Assembly: GCA_000018565.1 (NCBI GenBank)
Contig: CP000875.1
Location: 633,199 to 697,198 of the forward strand
Direction of reading: 5' to 3'
Length of the DNA: 64,000 nt
Origin: Herpetosiphon aurantiacus DSM 785
GTDB taxonomy: Bacteria; Chloroflexota; Chloroflexia; Chloroflexales; Herpetosiphonaceae
Each line of letters starts with the position of its first letter. The stretch's first letter is position 1. Position numbers and translations under genes: made by a program. This document shows, piece by piece, positions 36,850 to 46,620 of this stretch. The notes under the pieces are model-generated. The model was given only the letters and a program-made list of their open reading frames with translations. It searched no databases and had not been told where the DNA came from.

Positions 36850-37710
36850 ATTGTCAATGCTTTTATTGATGGCGATGCAGGCGGTAATCCGGCTGGGGTG
36901 GTGTTGCAGGCTGATGGTTTGAGTGCCGCGCAGAAATTGGCCGTGGCTCAGCAGGTTGGTTTATCTGAAACCGCCTTTGTGAGCAAATCGGATGTGGCGA
37001 CGATTAAGCTAGAATTTTTTACCCCAACTCGCCAAATTGCCCATTGCGGCCATGCCACGATTGCTACATTTAGTCTGTTGCGGCAACTCAACCGCGTGCC
37101 AACTGGTCAGCTTGCCAAAGAAACCATCGATGGTTTGCGCGAAATTATTGTGGCCGATGATCAGGCCTTTATGCAGCAGCTGGCTCCGCGCTATCAAGCA
37201 TTTGCGCTCACTGATCCAATCGCCCAACAGGCTTTGCGGTCGCTCAACATCCCCAGCGGCGATTTACTGAGGGGCACTGTACCAACCTTGGTCAATACTG
37301 GCAATAGCTTTTTGATTATTGGGCTGGCGAGTGAGCAAACGCTGGCAGAATTGCAACCCGATTTTGGGCAGATTCAGCAAATCAGTGAGCAACTCGATTT
37401 GATTGGCTACTATCTCTTTACGCCTGCCACCAAACAAGCTGGCCGCTCGGCTGGCACGCGCATGTTCGCGCCACGCTATGGCATTCGTGAGGAAGCTGGC
37501 ACGGGCATGGCAGCTGGCCCATTGGCTTGTTATTTGTACGATCAACTTGGCTTACAACAAACCAGCTTTTTAATCGAGCAAGGTTGGCTAATGCAACCAT
37601 CCTCGCCCAGCGTCATCGAGGTGCAACTCAGCTTGGTTGATGGGGCAATTCAGAGCTTGTTGGCTGGTGGTCGGGCTAAAGTCATGCAAACATTGCAGGT
37701 TGAGCTATAG
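36832..37710 (+). CDS. PhzF-family isomerase (phenazine biosynthesis-like, DapF fold)
   Basis: 'VNAFIDGDAGGNPAGVVL...GLSETAFV' N-terminal PhzF signature. Confidence 0.75.
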   Translation: MQIEVQIVNAFIDGDAGGNPAGVVLQADGLSAAQKLAVAQQVGLSETAFVSKSDVATIKLEFFTPTRQIAHCGHATIATFSLLRQLNRVPTGQLAKETIDGLREIIVADDQAFMQQLAPRYQAFALTDPIAQQALRSLNIPSGDLLRGTVPTLVNTGNSFLIIGLASEQTLAELQPDFGQIQQISEQLDLIGYYLFTPATKQAGRSAGTRMFAPRYGIREEAGTGMAAGPLACYLYDQLGLQQTSFLIEQGWLMQPSSPSVIEVQLSLVDGAIQSLLAGGRAKVMQTLQVEL

Positions 37711-37716
37711 CAACTA

Positions 37717-38310
37717 TTATTCAAGTAATTTTTTGAGTAATGCCTGCTGTTCTTCATACATTGCAATCGCTTGGCGAATTAACGCATCAGCATAGCCCTG
37801 TAAAATCTGTGTAAATAAAATTAGTAGCAAAACTATGGTTGCGATTGCGGTTGCCAGTGGATGAACTTTTTGAACGATAACTGGCCCAAGCGTGATTAGA
37901 ATTGTAATAATAATTAATGTTGAGGCAGTTTTAGTTCCTACAATTGAAGCTTCCAGTGCGGTAATATCCTTAAGGGTTGTCAGTTGATATGGTTGAATGT
38001 TTGTTTGCTGAAAATGCTTGATGATTAAAAAGAGAATGTAGGCTTTCTTGTCTGTATAAAGTATGGTTTCAAAGAACGTAAAGAAGGATAATAATCCAAT
38101 GGAAATGATACTTGCAGCTATCATTTTAACCAAGAACAATCCATTCATTGAAATACTAACTATAAGTATAAATAAAAAAAGAACTATTCCTATCAAGAAA
38201 TTCTTTTGTAAATACTGACGCATCACAATTCTGCTAACAATTGAGTAGCTATTATTAATCGAATAATCATCGATTCGTTTTCGAATGTATTTATCTGAAA
38301 TATCTTTCAT
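37717..38310 (-). CDS. Polytopic membrane protein, AT-rich 5' half
   Basis: Five hydrophobic helices. No recognisable motif. Confidence 0.4.
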   Translation of the reverse strand: MKDISDKYIRKRIDDYSINNSYSIVSRIVMRQYLQKNFLIGIVLFLFILIVSISMNGLFLVKMIAASIISIGLLSFFTFFETILYTDKKAYILFLIIKHFQQTNIQPYQLTTLKDITALEASIVGTKTASTLIIITILITLGPVIVQKVHPLATAIATIVLLLILFTQILQGYADALIRQAIAMYEEQQALLKKLLE

Positions 38311-38452
38311 AAAATACCTAAAAGCTAGTTGGATTCAAGCGGGGAATGCGAATTCAGCCTGTGTGCTGAACCACGCTTTGCAGCGAGATTAGTATACAAG
38401 CAATTGCAGTATTGAGGGAGTTAATGGTGGCTTGAGTTTTGAGGATGTTGCC

Positions 38453-39253
38453 CTACCACAGCATCACAATCACAATTACGATGATGCAACTGACCGCCAC
38501 CAGCCAAGGCCAATTGCGGCGTTGATGGTATTCGGGCGAGGCTAAATACACTTGTTGGGCATGAGCAAAAACTGGTCGCGCATCAACTTGCAATAATTCA
38601 CAATATTGCAGTAGCAAAGGCTTAATGTGCTTAAGCGGAATTTGCATAAATGCGCCTTGTTCGATTGCCTGCAAATAATCCCAGCGGATGCCTGTACGCC
38701 GTTCGGCAGCATACAAACTAATGCCTGCTTTTTGACGAGCCTCACGCAACAACGCCGCTCCGCTTGGTGGTCGAGTTGGCTGTGGTTCAGCAGGCTCAAC
38801 CGTCAAACTTGGCAACCGTGGAGCTGGCTCAAGCAAGGCTTGGCGTTGAATTAAGCGTTGCACCCGGGCTATCAGTTGAGCTTGGCTAAATGGTTTGGTC
38901 AAATAATCATCAGCACCTAAATTGAGGCCACGTACTACATCATCATCGCTAGCTTTGGCAGTCAGCATCAAAATCGGCACATTGCTTTCGGCCCGCAATT
39001 GTTGGCACAACTCCCAGCCGCTTAAATCAGGCAACATCACATCCAACAATACAATTTGGAAGCAATCGCTGGCCCATAAACGCAGCCCAGTCATGCCCGT
39101 GTTGGCGAGTATAGCTTGCCAGCCAGCCTCGCGCAAATGCATCAGCAACAAACGCCCAATCGCTGGATCATCTTCGACAACTAAAATGTGGGTTGTGCCA
39201 TTCACGCCGCCTCCTGCAATAGCGGCAGATCGAGTAAGACGGCCAAGGCCCAA
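38453..39253 (-). CDS. Response regulator with REC domain, XRE-type HTH and a C-terminal transmembrane anchor (RodZ-like architecture)
   Basis: REC 'ILVVEDDPAIG...VLLDVMLPDLSGWELC...ILMLTAKA...GADDYLTKPF'. HTH 'LREARQKAGISLYAAERRTGI'. C-terminal 'WPWLVAVSCIIVIVIVMLW'. Confidence 0.65.
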   Translation of the reverse strand: MGLGRLTRSAAIAGGGVNGTTHILVVEDDPAIGRLLLMHLREAGWQAILANTGMTGLRLWASDCFQIVLLDVMLPDLSGWELCQQLRAESNVPILMLTAKASDDDVVRGLNLGADDYLTKPFSQAQLIARVQRLIQRQALLEPAPRLPSLTVEPAEPQPTRPPSGAALLREARQKAGISLYAAERRTGIRWDYLQAIEQGAFMQIPLKHIKPLLLQYCELLQVDARPVFAHAQQVYLASPEYHQRRNWPWLVAVSCIIVIVIVMLW

Positions 39254-42200
39254 GCGCTACTAGCAGGGTCGGCGCTTTCGGCCAATTGACTTAGCGTAAG
39301 CATGGTCGTTGGCTCGTTGCGCCAAGCTCGCAAGCCGTCGATTGCCCGCCGTCGCAAGCTCAAGGGGGCGGTTTGATCGGCAGCTAAAGTTTCAACCTCA
39401 GCCAATACTGGCGTATAACGAGCTTGACATAAACTACTGAGAGCCAGGCTGCGAATGGCCAGCGCTTCACGATCATTGTGCAATAATTCGGCCAATTGTT
39501 GTAATGTAGCTTCATCGGCAGTTTCGGCTAGTGCTTGAGCTACCCGCAAGCGTAAAGGCAAGGGGTTGTGAGGCCGCAAAAACTCCAAGCTATCGAGCGG
39601 GTTTTTGGCGGCTGCCAACAAAATTTCCAGCGCCAACAATCGCGTGCCAATCGAGCCTGTGGTCGCCAATTCGCGCACCAAACCAAGATGAATCGCGCCT
39701 TCAAGTTCTAACAACACGCGCAAGGCATGCAGCCGAATCCGTGTGCTTTTGCCGCCAGCTTGAGCCAAACGATTGAGCAAAGCAATCGCGGTGGGTTCTT
39801 GCAACAAACGTAAGCCATCCATCGCGGGAATTGCCAAACTAGGGCTGTCGTGCTGAGCGTATCGCAAAAACAGCGCAATCGATTCGCGATCGGCCACCCG
39901 ACCCAAGCAACGTAACGCCGCCGCTGCGACCTCCAAGGTTGGCCGAGGGTCGCGCAGAATCTGACGCACCGTGTTCAAACTAGCCTCAGAAACTGGCGCA
40001 ACCAAACAATCCATCGCGGCCACATGCAAGGCTGGTTCGGCATGGTTCGAGGTTAATAATGCTAACATCAGGCCTTCGCTATGCGCCATATGCAGTTTAT
40101 GAAAACTATGTACCGCATCAACCCGCAAACTCAACGGCGTATGATCATCAACGATCATCGTTTCGAGCAACGGAGCAAGATGGTTATCGCCACTTAAGGC
40201 GGTTAGCATCGCGCTACGGGTTTGCGGATCAAGCTGGTTGTTGATTAACATTTGGTGCAAACTCGGCTTGGCTTGAGCTTGTTGGCTCAAGGTATTGGCG
40301 GCAACCCAGCGTAACAACGGTTGGCCAGCGCCAATCGTTTGAGCCAATTCATATTCGGCATCGCAATTGGCTAATTGAGCTGCAACCACTGGCGCAACCG
40401 TCAAACTATAGCGATCAGGATTGCCAGTCAGGGCTTCATACAGCACCGAACGCGCTGCCGAACCGCCGATTGTGCTCAGGGCTTGAGCAGCCGCAGCCCG
40501 TAAATTATGTACCTCGCGGGCGACCAACTCGGCCAAACTGGTTGGTTCATCGGCGCTGGTGTTGCCAACCGCCAAGGCTTCGGCCCAACGCCATTGCAAG
40601 GCTGGCGAAAAGCTGGCGATCGGCCATTGAATTGGCGGCTCGTGCAAATAGCCCATTGGCAGCTCGTGTTGCCATGCTAGCTCTAATTGCTGAGGTAATT
40701 CACCGATTACAATTGTGCGCAAAGCCCAAATGCCACTCTCATCGCGGCGTGTGCCAAGGCCGACAATTGCTGCCTGTAAAGCTTGCAAATCATGGCGTTC
40801 GTTTTCAACAATGCCTGCTAAAACCGCCTGCGATTCATCATTTTTGAGCTTGGCAAGGGTGCTGATCGCCGCAGTTCGCACCATAAACGCCGATTGGTCG
40901 CAGGCTAGGCCAAGCAAACGTTGCATAAATAATGGCTGGGTTTGCGGATCGCTGCGATAAATAATCCCACTGCGCAGGGCATTGCCAAGTTGGGGTTGCT
41001 CAAGCAGCCGAATTAGCCGTTCGCTGGTTTCGTTTTGGCGTTGCATAATTGCTTGCGCCGCCTCTAAGCGAGCTGCCAAGGGCAATTGTGAGGTAACAAC
41101 CCGCAACAATAAGGGATTCGCGCCGTTGCTTTCAAAGCGCAGTAATTCGTGCAACGCTTCATGGCGAGCCGTCCAGTGCACATCATCGCCCAAAACCAAG
41201 CGCCCCAACGCCCGAACGGCCAAACTAGGAGTTGCCTGCAACAAGGCTTGACGGGCTGCCGCTCGTAAAGGCGCACTCGCCGCAGTACAGGCGTTCAACA
41301 AGGCTGGGGCAGTACGCTCGGTGGCACAACCTTGCAGCGCCAGCGAAGCATGCAAATGTACAACCTGATCAAGCTGATGATCATCGAGCAAAGCGCTGGC
41401 GGTTGCCACAACGAACCGTGCTCCATTTGGCTCGCAATGCAGATAGAAAATCATGCGACCCGCGTGCAGTTGCTCTTGCAAGTAGCAACGCCCAGCATGA
41501 CTATTTTGAGCCAGCAAATAATTGACCAATAACTGGCCCCAATCGTCGTGCTGGCGTTGGGCCAAACTGATTAATCGCGGCGTTAGTTGCACATCGTGCA
41601 TGGCAAAAAGTTGTTGGGCGGCACTTTGGCGGGTGTTATAGCTCAGGCGGCTATCGCTCAACATATCTAATAAGTAATCGAGCGCTAAATGGCTGGGCAA
41701 ACTACGCACAACTTGCAAAGCCCAGGCCTCACCCTCGGAGCCATTGCTCAGTTGCTCAGCGATTGTGGCGCTAACCACGCTTTCCATACTCTCCAGCAAA
41801 TGCCAAATCTGCTCGGTATAGGCTGGCTCATGGCGGGCCACATGCACCAAAGCCCGAATAATCGCGGCGCTCCAGCCAGCAATTGGCACATGATGCTCGC
41901 GCAAACAGCGTCCAAGCAGCCGCACTCGTTGGCTGGTTAGCGGGCGATTGCCTCGAATGGCGTTGTAGAGTGGCGCGGGATCAGCCAACAAACCCGCTGT
42001 CAAAGGCAATAATTCATGCCACAGTGGGTTATCCAAATCGAAATCGTGCCAAGCATGATGTGCCGCCAAATGCAGGGCTGCGCAAAACAGGGCAAATAAT
42101 GGTGAACGGAAACGTACTAATCCGCGCTGATCAACCTGCACCAAACCATTCAGGGCTACCAAGCTTGGTTGCAGCCAATACACCGCTTTGATCTGTTCGC

Positions 42201-43086
42201 CTTGGAGCCAAGCATAGCCCAAGCCCGCCAATGCCGTGCGAACTTTGGGCAAATCGGCTCCGGCAATTGGGCGCAGCGCTCGATCAACGGCGGCGGCGTA
42301 CATGCGCACGCGATTGGCCGAAAAACCATGGGTTGGGTAGGTTGCGGCCAAAATTGCGACATCGGCAAAGCGCTCAGCCACCAACCGCCCGCGACCATCA
42401 TTTAAAAGTGGTGGTAGTAGCAGGGCTGGTTCTTCGTTGGGCAATAATTGGCGTAGCCATTGCTCCAAAATCGTCGCATCGGGCGCTTGAACTTGCCAAG
42501 TGGCCCAACCAGCCCAGTTTGGGTTGGTAGCATGGTCGGTGGCAACGGCGGCCAGCGCTGGATAACGCTCAGTCAAATCAAACAACCAATTGCGCCAATG
42601 CTCAGCGATATGCGGCTGGGCTTCCTCAAGATCATCAAGCAGTAACATCCATTTGCCCGCCGCCAAGCCGCGCTCGATGCCCATTCGGTCGTTGGCAAAG
42701 CCAGCTTCGGCCAAGGTGCGAGCCAGCGTCGCATCGGGCGATTCGGTAGCACTGGGCACATGCAGCAAAATCGGAAACAAGCCTGGTAAGCGTTCTTGGG
42801 TGGCGCACCATTGCAAGAGCATGTTGATTAAGACAAATGAGCGCCCGCTACCCAAGCCACCGACCAAGCGAATCCGCTGATTAAGTTGGAGGGCTTGCCA
42901 GAGATTGGCTTGGTGTCCGTTAGCAGGGATGGGACTCAGTTGCAGCACCAAACTACCGATGGTTGGCAACACCCGGGCCGGAAAACGCTCGGCCCAACGC
43001 GCCTGCACATACCGCGCATAACTACGCTGGCGTTGCGCACGCCGCAGCCGAGGTAACAACAATCGATCAAATGGTGCAATCGCCAT
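39202..43086 (-). CDS. STAND/NACHT-like P-loop NTPase with C-terminal HEAT/ARM repeats
   Basis: Walker A-like 'LVGGLGSGRSFVL' with Arg in place of the canonical Lys. Walker B 'WMLLLDDLEE'. Long Leu/Ala-rich helical repeats (HEAT-like). Overlaps the upstream regulator by 52 nt, consistent with an operon. Confidence 0.65.
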   Translation of the reverse strand: MAIAPFDRLLLPRLRRAQRQRSYARYVQARWAERFPARVLPTIGSLVLQLSPIPANGHQANLWQALQLNQRIRLVGGLGSGRSFVLINMLLQWCATQERLPGLFPILLHVPSATESPDATLARTLAEAGFANDRMGIERGLAAGKWMLLLDDLEEAQPHIAEHWRNWLFDLTERYPALAAVATDHATNPNWAGWATWQVQAPDATILEQWLRQLLPNEEPALLLPPLLNDGRGRLVAERFADVAILAATYPTHGFSANRVRMYAAAVDRALRPIAGADLPKVRTALAGLGYAWLQGEQIKAVYWLQPSLVALNGLVQVDQRGLVRFRSPLFALFCAALHLAAHHAWHDFDLDNPLWHELLPLTAGLLADPAPLYNAIRGNRPLTSQRVRLLGRCLREHHVPIAGWSAAIIRALVHVARHEPAYTEQIWHLLESMESVVSATIAEQLSNGSEGEAWALQVVRSLPSHLALDYLLDMLSDSRLSYNTRQSAAQQLFAMHDVQLTPRLISLAQRQHDDWGQLLVNYLLAQNSHAGRCYLQEQLHAGRMIFYLHCEPNGARFVVATASALLDDHQLDQVVHLHASLALQGCATERTAPALLNACTAASAPLRAAARQALLQATPSLAVRALGRLVLGDDVHWTARHEALHELLRFESNGANPLLLRVVTSQLPLAARLEAAQAIMQRQNETSERLIRLLEQPQLGNALRSGIIYRSDPQTQPLFMQRLLGLACDQSAFMVRTAAISTLAKLKNDESQAVLAGIVENERHDLQALQAAIVGLGTRRDESGIWALRTIVIGELPQQLELAWQHELPMGYLHEPPIQWPIASFSPALQWRWAEALAVGNTSADEPTSLAELVAREVHNLRAAAAQALSTIGGSAARSVLYEALTGNPDRYSLTVAPVVAAQLANCDAEYELAQTIGAGQPLLRWVAANTLSQQAQAKPSLHQMLINNQLDPQTRSAMLTALSGDNHLAPLLETMIVDDHTPLSLRVDAVHSFHKLHMAHSEGLMLALLTSNHAEPALHVAAMDCLVAPVSEASLNTVRQILRDPRPTLEVAAAALRCLGRVADRESIALFLRYAQHDSPSLAIPAMDGLRLLQEPTAIALLNRLAQAGGKSTRIRLHALRVLLELEGAIHLGLVRELATTGSIGTRLLALEILLAAAKNPLDSLEFLRPHNPLPLRLRVAQALAETADEATLQQLAELLHNDREALAIRSLALSSLCQARYTPVLAEVETLAADQTAPLSLRRRAIDGLRAWRNEPTTMLTLSQLAESADPASSAWALAVLLDLPLLQEAA

Positions 43087-43250
43087 AACATGCCACTCCT
43101 TGCTTGGATAGTTCTAGGGTACTCGTTTGGAGCGGCTGGCTCAATTAATATAAATTACAGTTCGGTGACACTCGGCCATTTAAGGCCATTTTTTAGGCCT
43201 TACCATCTTGTCAAAGCCTGTAGCCTCGGCGCACAATAGCAGCGGAGGTT

Positions 43251-44156
43251 TTGACAATGCTACGTCTTTTTTCAGCGATCCAACTTGGTACACTCGAATT
43301 AACCAATCGCTTGGTCGCCACGCCTAGCCCAAGTCGGTTTAGCCATGGCGGTGGTTTTCTCAATCGCAGCCTGATTGTCGAATACGGGCGTTGGAGCAGT
43401 TATGGCATTGGCTTGATCATCAGCGAGCCAGTCTTAGTGCAAGCTAACTCCAATCTGCCCCGCCCAGCCTTGAGCGCCGATGCTCATATTCAAGCATTTC
43501 GTAATTTGAACCAATGCTTGCACGAATATCAAAGCCATTGCTTGCCATTGTTGAGCTTGGTCAGCCAACCTGAATCGCAACTGCAACCGAGCAACTGGCC
43601 TACTTTACGTGAACAGATGGTGTTGGCGGCTTGGCGAGCCTATGCTGCTGGCAGCCCAGGGATTGTGATCGATGCCAATGCAGGCTCGCTTTTTCATCAG
43701 CTGCGGGTGAGCAAACAAGTGCCGCCAACCTCGCGCAGCCAATTGTTGCTTGAAATCATCGAGGCAATTCGCGGCTGGCTTGGGCGGCAGTTTGTGGTTG
43801 GAGTGCGGTTGGTGGTCGATGATTTAGTGCCCGATGGCGTGAGTTTGCAAGAAAGCCGCGTTTTGGCCCATGAATTAGTGGCCGCCGGAGTCGATTTACT
43901 CGATTTGGTGGTTGGGCGCTCGGTCGCACCAATTGCCCAATTTCCTGGCTGGCAAATTCCCTTGGTGGCAGGCATTCGCAGCATTGTGGATGTACCATTG
44001 ATTGCCCATGGAATGTTGGGCGACCCGTGGATTGCCGAGGAAATGTTGCGCGAAGGCTGTGCTGATTTGGTGGGGCTTGAAGCGGCAATTTCGGCTACAC
44101 CGCATTGGCCAATTTGGGCACGCCAACAACTTGAGCGCGAAGCCGAGGCGGCATGA
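43251..44156 (+). CDS. Old Yellow Enzyme-like TIM-barrel flavin oxidoreductase homologue (possibly degenerate)
   Basis: N-terminal 'LFSAIQLGTLELTNRLVATP' follows the OYE 'LFxPxxLGxLxLxNRiVxxP' pattern. Short (301 aa). Confidence 0.45.
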   Translation: MTMLRLFSAIQLGTLELTNRLVATPSPSRFSHGGGFLNRSLIVEYGRWSSYGIGLIISEPVLVQANSNLPRPALSADAHIQAFRNLNQCLHEYQSHCLPLLSLVSQPESQLQPSNWPTLREQMVLAAWRAYAAGSPGIVIDANAGSLFHQLRVSKQVPPTSRSQLLLEIIEAIRGWLGRQFVVGVRLVVDDLVPDGVSLQESRVLAHELVAAGVDLLDLVVGRSVAPIAQFPGWQIPLVAGIRSIVDVPLIAHGMLGDPWIAEEMLREGCADLVGLEAAISATPHWPIWARQQLEREAEAA

Positions 44157-44219
44157 CGAGTGCCAGCCTGCGCCATGGTATAATAGCCAAACCATGGCGC
44201 TGAAAGAAGGATCGAAGAT

Positions 44220-44585
44220 ATGGCAAAAACAATCTTCATCATGGATGATGATCTCGCACTCCAGATGGTGATGGAGATCGCCCTGCGCGAGGTCGGCTAT
44301 GAAGTCGTGCTGGCGAATAATGGGGTCGAGGGCATTGCCCAACTAGAAACCCTAAAACCTGATCTGATTATTTCAGACATTATGATGCCCGAGATGGATG
44401 GGGTTGAGGCATTCAATCAAATTCGCGAGCGGATACAGGATGAAGGCATTCCTATGGTGATCGTAACGGCGCTTAATCGTAAGCCATGGTTCAGCGACCT
44501 TGAAGAAGAGGGCGCTGTTATTTTACAAAAGCCGTTCGAGGTCGATACATTCATCGACTTAATCAACACTATGGTGAGTGATTAG
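44220..44585 (+). CDS. Single-domain response regulator (CheY-like REC)
   Basis: 'IFIMDDD...DLIISDIMMPEMDG...MVIVTAL' carries the canonical D-D-K residues. Confidence 0.8.
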   Translation: MAKTIFIMDDDLALQMVMEIALREVGYEVVLANNGVEGIAQLETLKPDLIISDIMMPEMDGVEAFNQIRERIQDEGIPMVIVTALNRKPWFSDLEEEGAVILQKPFEVDTFIDLINTMVSD

Positions 44586-44606
44586 TGTTCTTTTTGCGCC
44601 GACCAA

Positions 44607-44640
44607 TGCGACCATGCTCGTCGCGATGGTCTCGTTTTTC
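44607..44640 (+). terminator. Terminator-like hairpin with T-run after the REC gene
   Basis: cgaccatgctcgtcgcgatggtctcg followed by tttttcg. Confidence 0.4.
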
Positions 44641-44827
44641 GTTGTAATTTCGGCATTCTGCTCCTATTCCCCTTGTGGTCGAGCCGACCCAAGGGGCTTT
44701 TGCTGCCCAAAAAAGCCCCAATTGGCGAAATTGCTCGTTTTCTCATCCAAAATTCTTTTGATTTTTGGCGCTGAATATGATAGCGTAGCAAGCGACGAAC
44801 AACCAACCGCCCTATGGAGGCTTTGCG

Positions 44828-45610
44828 ATGAGTGATCGCCCAAATGAAGATAAGAAATTGCACGACCCAAAAGCTACTGTGCAGTTAACCGCTGACGATT
44901 TGGCCGCCATGCGGGCCGAATTGCAACAAGAAAAAGATAAAGCGAATCAATTTGCAACTGCCCGTTTGAGCGAGGCTGATATCGCTCCTGCTACCAACAA
45001 GAAGTTGGAAAATCCTTATGCCACGGTGCAATTGAACCCTGAGGAGATGGCTGCACTACGTGCCGAAGCTCAACGGGTCAAGGCTGAAGCTCAAGCTGCT
45101 CAGGCAGCCCAAGCTGCACCAGTCGCACCAGCACCAGATAATATTAGCTCAATGCGCGGCGGGGCGGTTGCTAACACGCCACCAGCACCAGCAGCACCCC
45201 AGTCGTTCCCTGATCAAACGGTGATTATGAGTCCTGGCCAAGCGCGGGCGCAGTATGGCAATGCCCCAGTTGATCAATCGTATGCGCCACCAGCACAGCA
45301 GCAATATGCACCGCCAGCGCAGCAGCAACAATATGCACCACCAGCGCAACAACAGCAATATGCGCCGCCACCGCAGCAATACGCGCCACCAGCACAGCAG
45401 CAATATGCACCGCCACCGCAACCAGGCTATGGCCAGAACTACCAAAATGTCCAGCAAACCTATAATCCACCAGCGCAAACTGGCTTTTCAGCGCCACCAG
45501 CACCGCTCAATACCAATGAGAACTTTTTTCAAAAGTATGGGGTGTATTTGCTGATTGGGTTTGGGGCAATGTTAATCGTTGCAGCAATTTTGTTATTAGT
45601 GATTGGCTAA
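44828..45610 (+). CDS. Pro/Gln-rich repeat protein with a C-terminal transmembrane anchor
   Basis: (QQ)QYAPPAQQ decapeptide tandem repeats. C-terminal 'GVYLLIGFGAMLIVAAILLLVIG'. Confidence 0.5.
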   Translation: MSDRPNEDKKLHDPKATVQLTADDLAAMRAELQQEKDKANQFATARLSEADIAPATNKKLENPYATVQLNPEEMAALRAEAQRVKAEAQAAQAAQAAPVAPAPDNISSMRGGAVANTPPAPAAPQSFPDQTVIMSPGQARAQYGNAPVDQSYAPPAQQQYAPPAQQQQYAPPAQQQQYAPPPQQYAPPAQQQYAPPPQPGYGQNYQNVQQTYNPPAQTGFSAPPAPLNTNENFFQKYGVYLLIGFGAMLIVAAILLLVIG

Positions 45611-45657
45611 TTGTTGGGAGCGAGCAGTAGATCACTGCTCGCTTTTTTAGGGTTTGC

Positions 45658-46413
45658 ATGATTGAGCTTTTGCATACGATTGAGGCTAGTGTGCAGCAGG
45701 TCGCTGCCGAAGCCTGTAGCTTGATTCAGGTTCCGCCATTTGTCGCCATGCTTCACCCCGATGATCCTGCGCCATGGTTTAATTATGCGATGCCGATTGC
45801 TGGCTTGGAGACGGCTGCTGCCAATTTGCCAGCTTTGCGCCAGGTTTTTCACGCCCAACAACGCCAACTGCGCTTTGAATGGACGCGTGAGTTATGGCCA
45901 GAGTTGGAAGCGATTTTGCGGGATGCTGGAATCAAGGTCGATCATATTAATCCCCAGATGATTTGCCTGCCTGAGCAATTCAAGCCTTATCATAACCCCG
46001 CTGTTAGCCTGCGGATGCTAACAACTGCCGATGATTTAGCTCATTATCGCCAAGTGACGCGGCTGGGTTTTGGCGATTATTCAGCGATTAGCCAAGCCGA
46101 TGTTGATAGTTTGCACGATGCTTTGACTGATGGTTGGCGCTATGCCATGGCCACGATCGAGGGCGAATTAGCGGCGGTTGGCGGCTATAAACCAACTAGC
46201 CTTGGTGTCGTTGAATTAGTGGCGATTGCAACCTTGCCCGCTTGGCGGCGACGGGGAGCAGCCGCAAGCCTGACCAGTTTTTTGGTGGCTGACCATTTTG
46301 CCAATGCTGGCAAATTAGCCTTTTTATTTGCCGCCGATGCGATTGCCCAAGCAACCTATGCCAAAATTGGCTTTCAACAAATTGCCACCCACTTGGCAGC
46401 AACCGAGGAGTAA
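45658..46413 (+). CDS. GNAT-family N-acetyltransferase
   Basis: C-terminal 'VELVAIATLPAWRRRGAAASLTSFL' matches the acetyl-CoA binding motif A. Confidence 0.6.
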   Translation: MIELLHTIEASVQQVAAEACSLIQVPPFVAMLHPDDPAPWFNYAMPIAGLETAAANLPALRQVFHAQQRQLRFEWTRELWPELEAILRDAGIKVDHINPQMICLPEQFKPYHNPAVSLRMLTTADDLAHYRQVTRLGFGDYSAISQADVDSLHDALTDGWRYAMATIEGELAAVGGYKPTSLGVVELVAIATLPAWRRRGAAASLTSFLVADHFANAGKLAFLFAADAIAQATYAKIGFQQIATHLAATEE

Positions 46414-46415
46414 GC

Positions 46416-46612
46416 CTTACAGGGGTAGGTTTTTGATATCGTTTTAGCATTTGCTTGGTCTTTTTGTGCCCTCACCCCCTAACCCGCCGAGCGAGGCGAG
46501 GGGGAACCACTGTATTATGACGGTTGGATCTCCCCTCGCCCGCCGCAGTGGGAGAGGGGTTGGGGGTGAGGGCATGCTGGCGGACTTTTAAAACCTACCC
46601 CTGTAAAGAGGA
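46416..46612. repeat. Nested palindromic intergenic element (MITE/REP-like), family 1, copy A
   Basis: Outer inverted repeat cttacaggggtaggtttt / aaaacctacccctgtaaag. Inner palindrome gccctcaccccctaacccgccgagcgaggcgagggg ... cccctcgcccgccgcagtgggagaggggttgggggtgagggc. Confidence 0.7.
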
Positions 46613-46620
46613 GTAAACTC

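Noticed and set aside
43697-44342. Several minus-strand ORFs (110-181 aa) antisense to the OYE-like gene
   Set aside because: Their translations are low-complexity and antisense to a + strand ORF with a recognisable OYE N-terminal motif.
45149-45554. ORFs in other frames or on the opposite strand across the PQ-repeat region
   Set aside because: They arise from the DNA tandem repeat. Only the + strand frame has a start, a repeat-consistent sequence and a C-terminal transmembrane anchor.
46440-46620. Small ORF-like translations ('PSPPNPPSEARGN', 'PLAPPQWERGWG') inside the palindromic elements
   Set aside because: They are mirror images produced by the inverted repeat, have no start or RBS context, and recur in all copies. 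They are non-coding repeat sequence.
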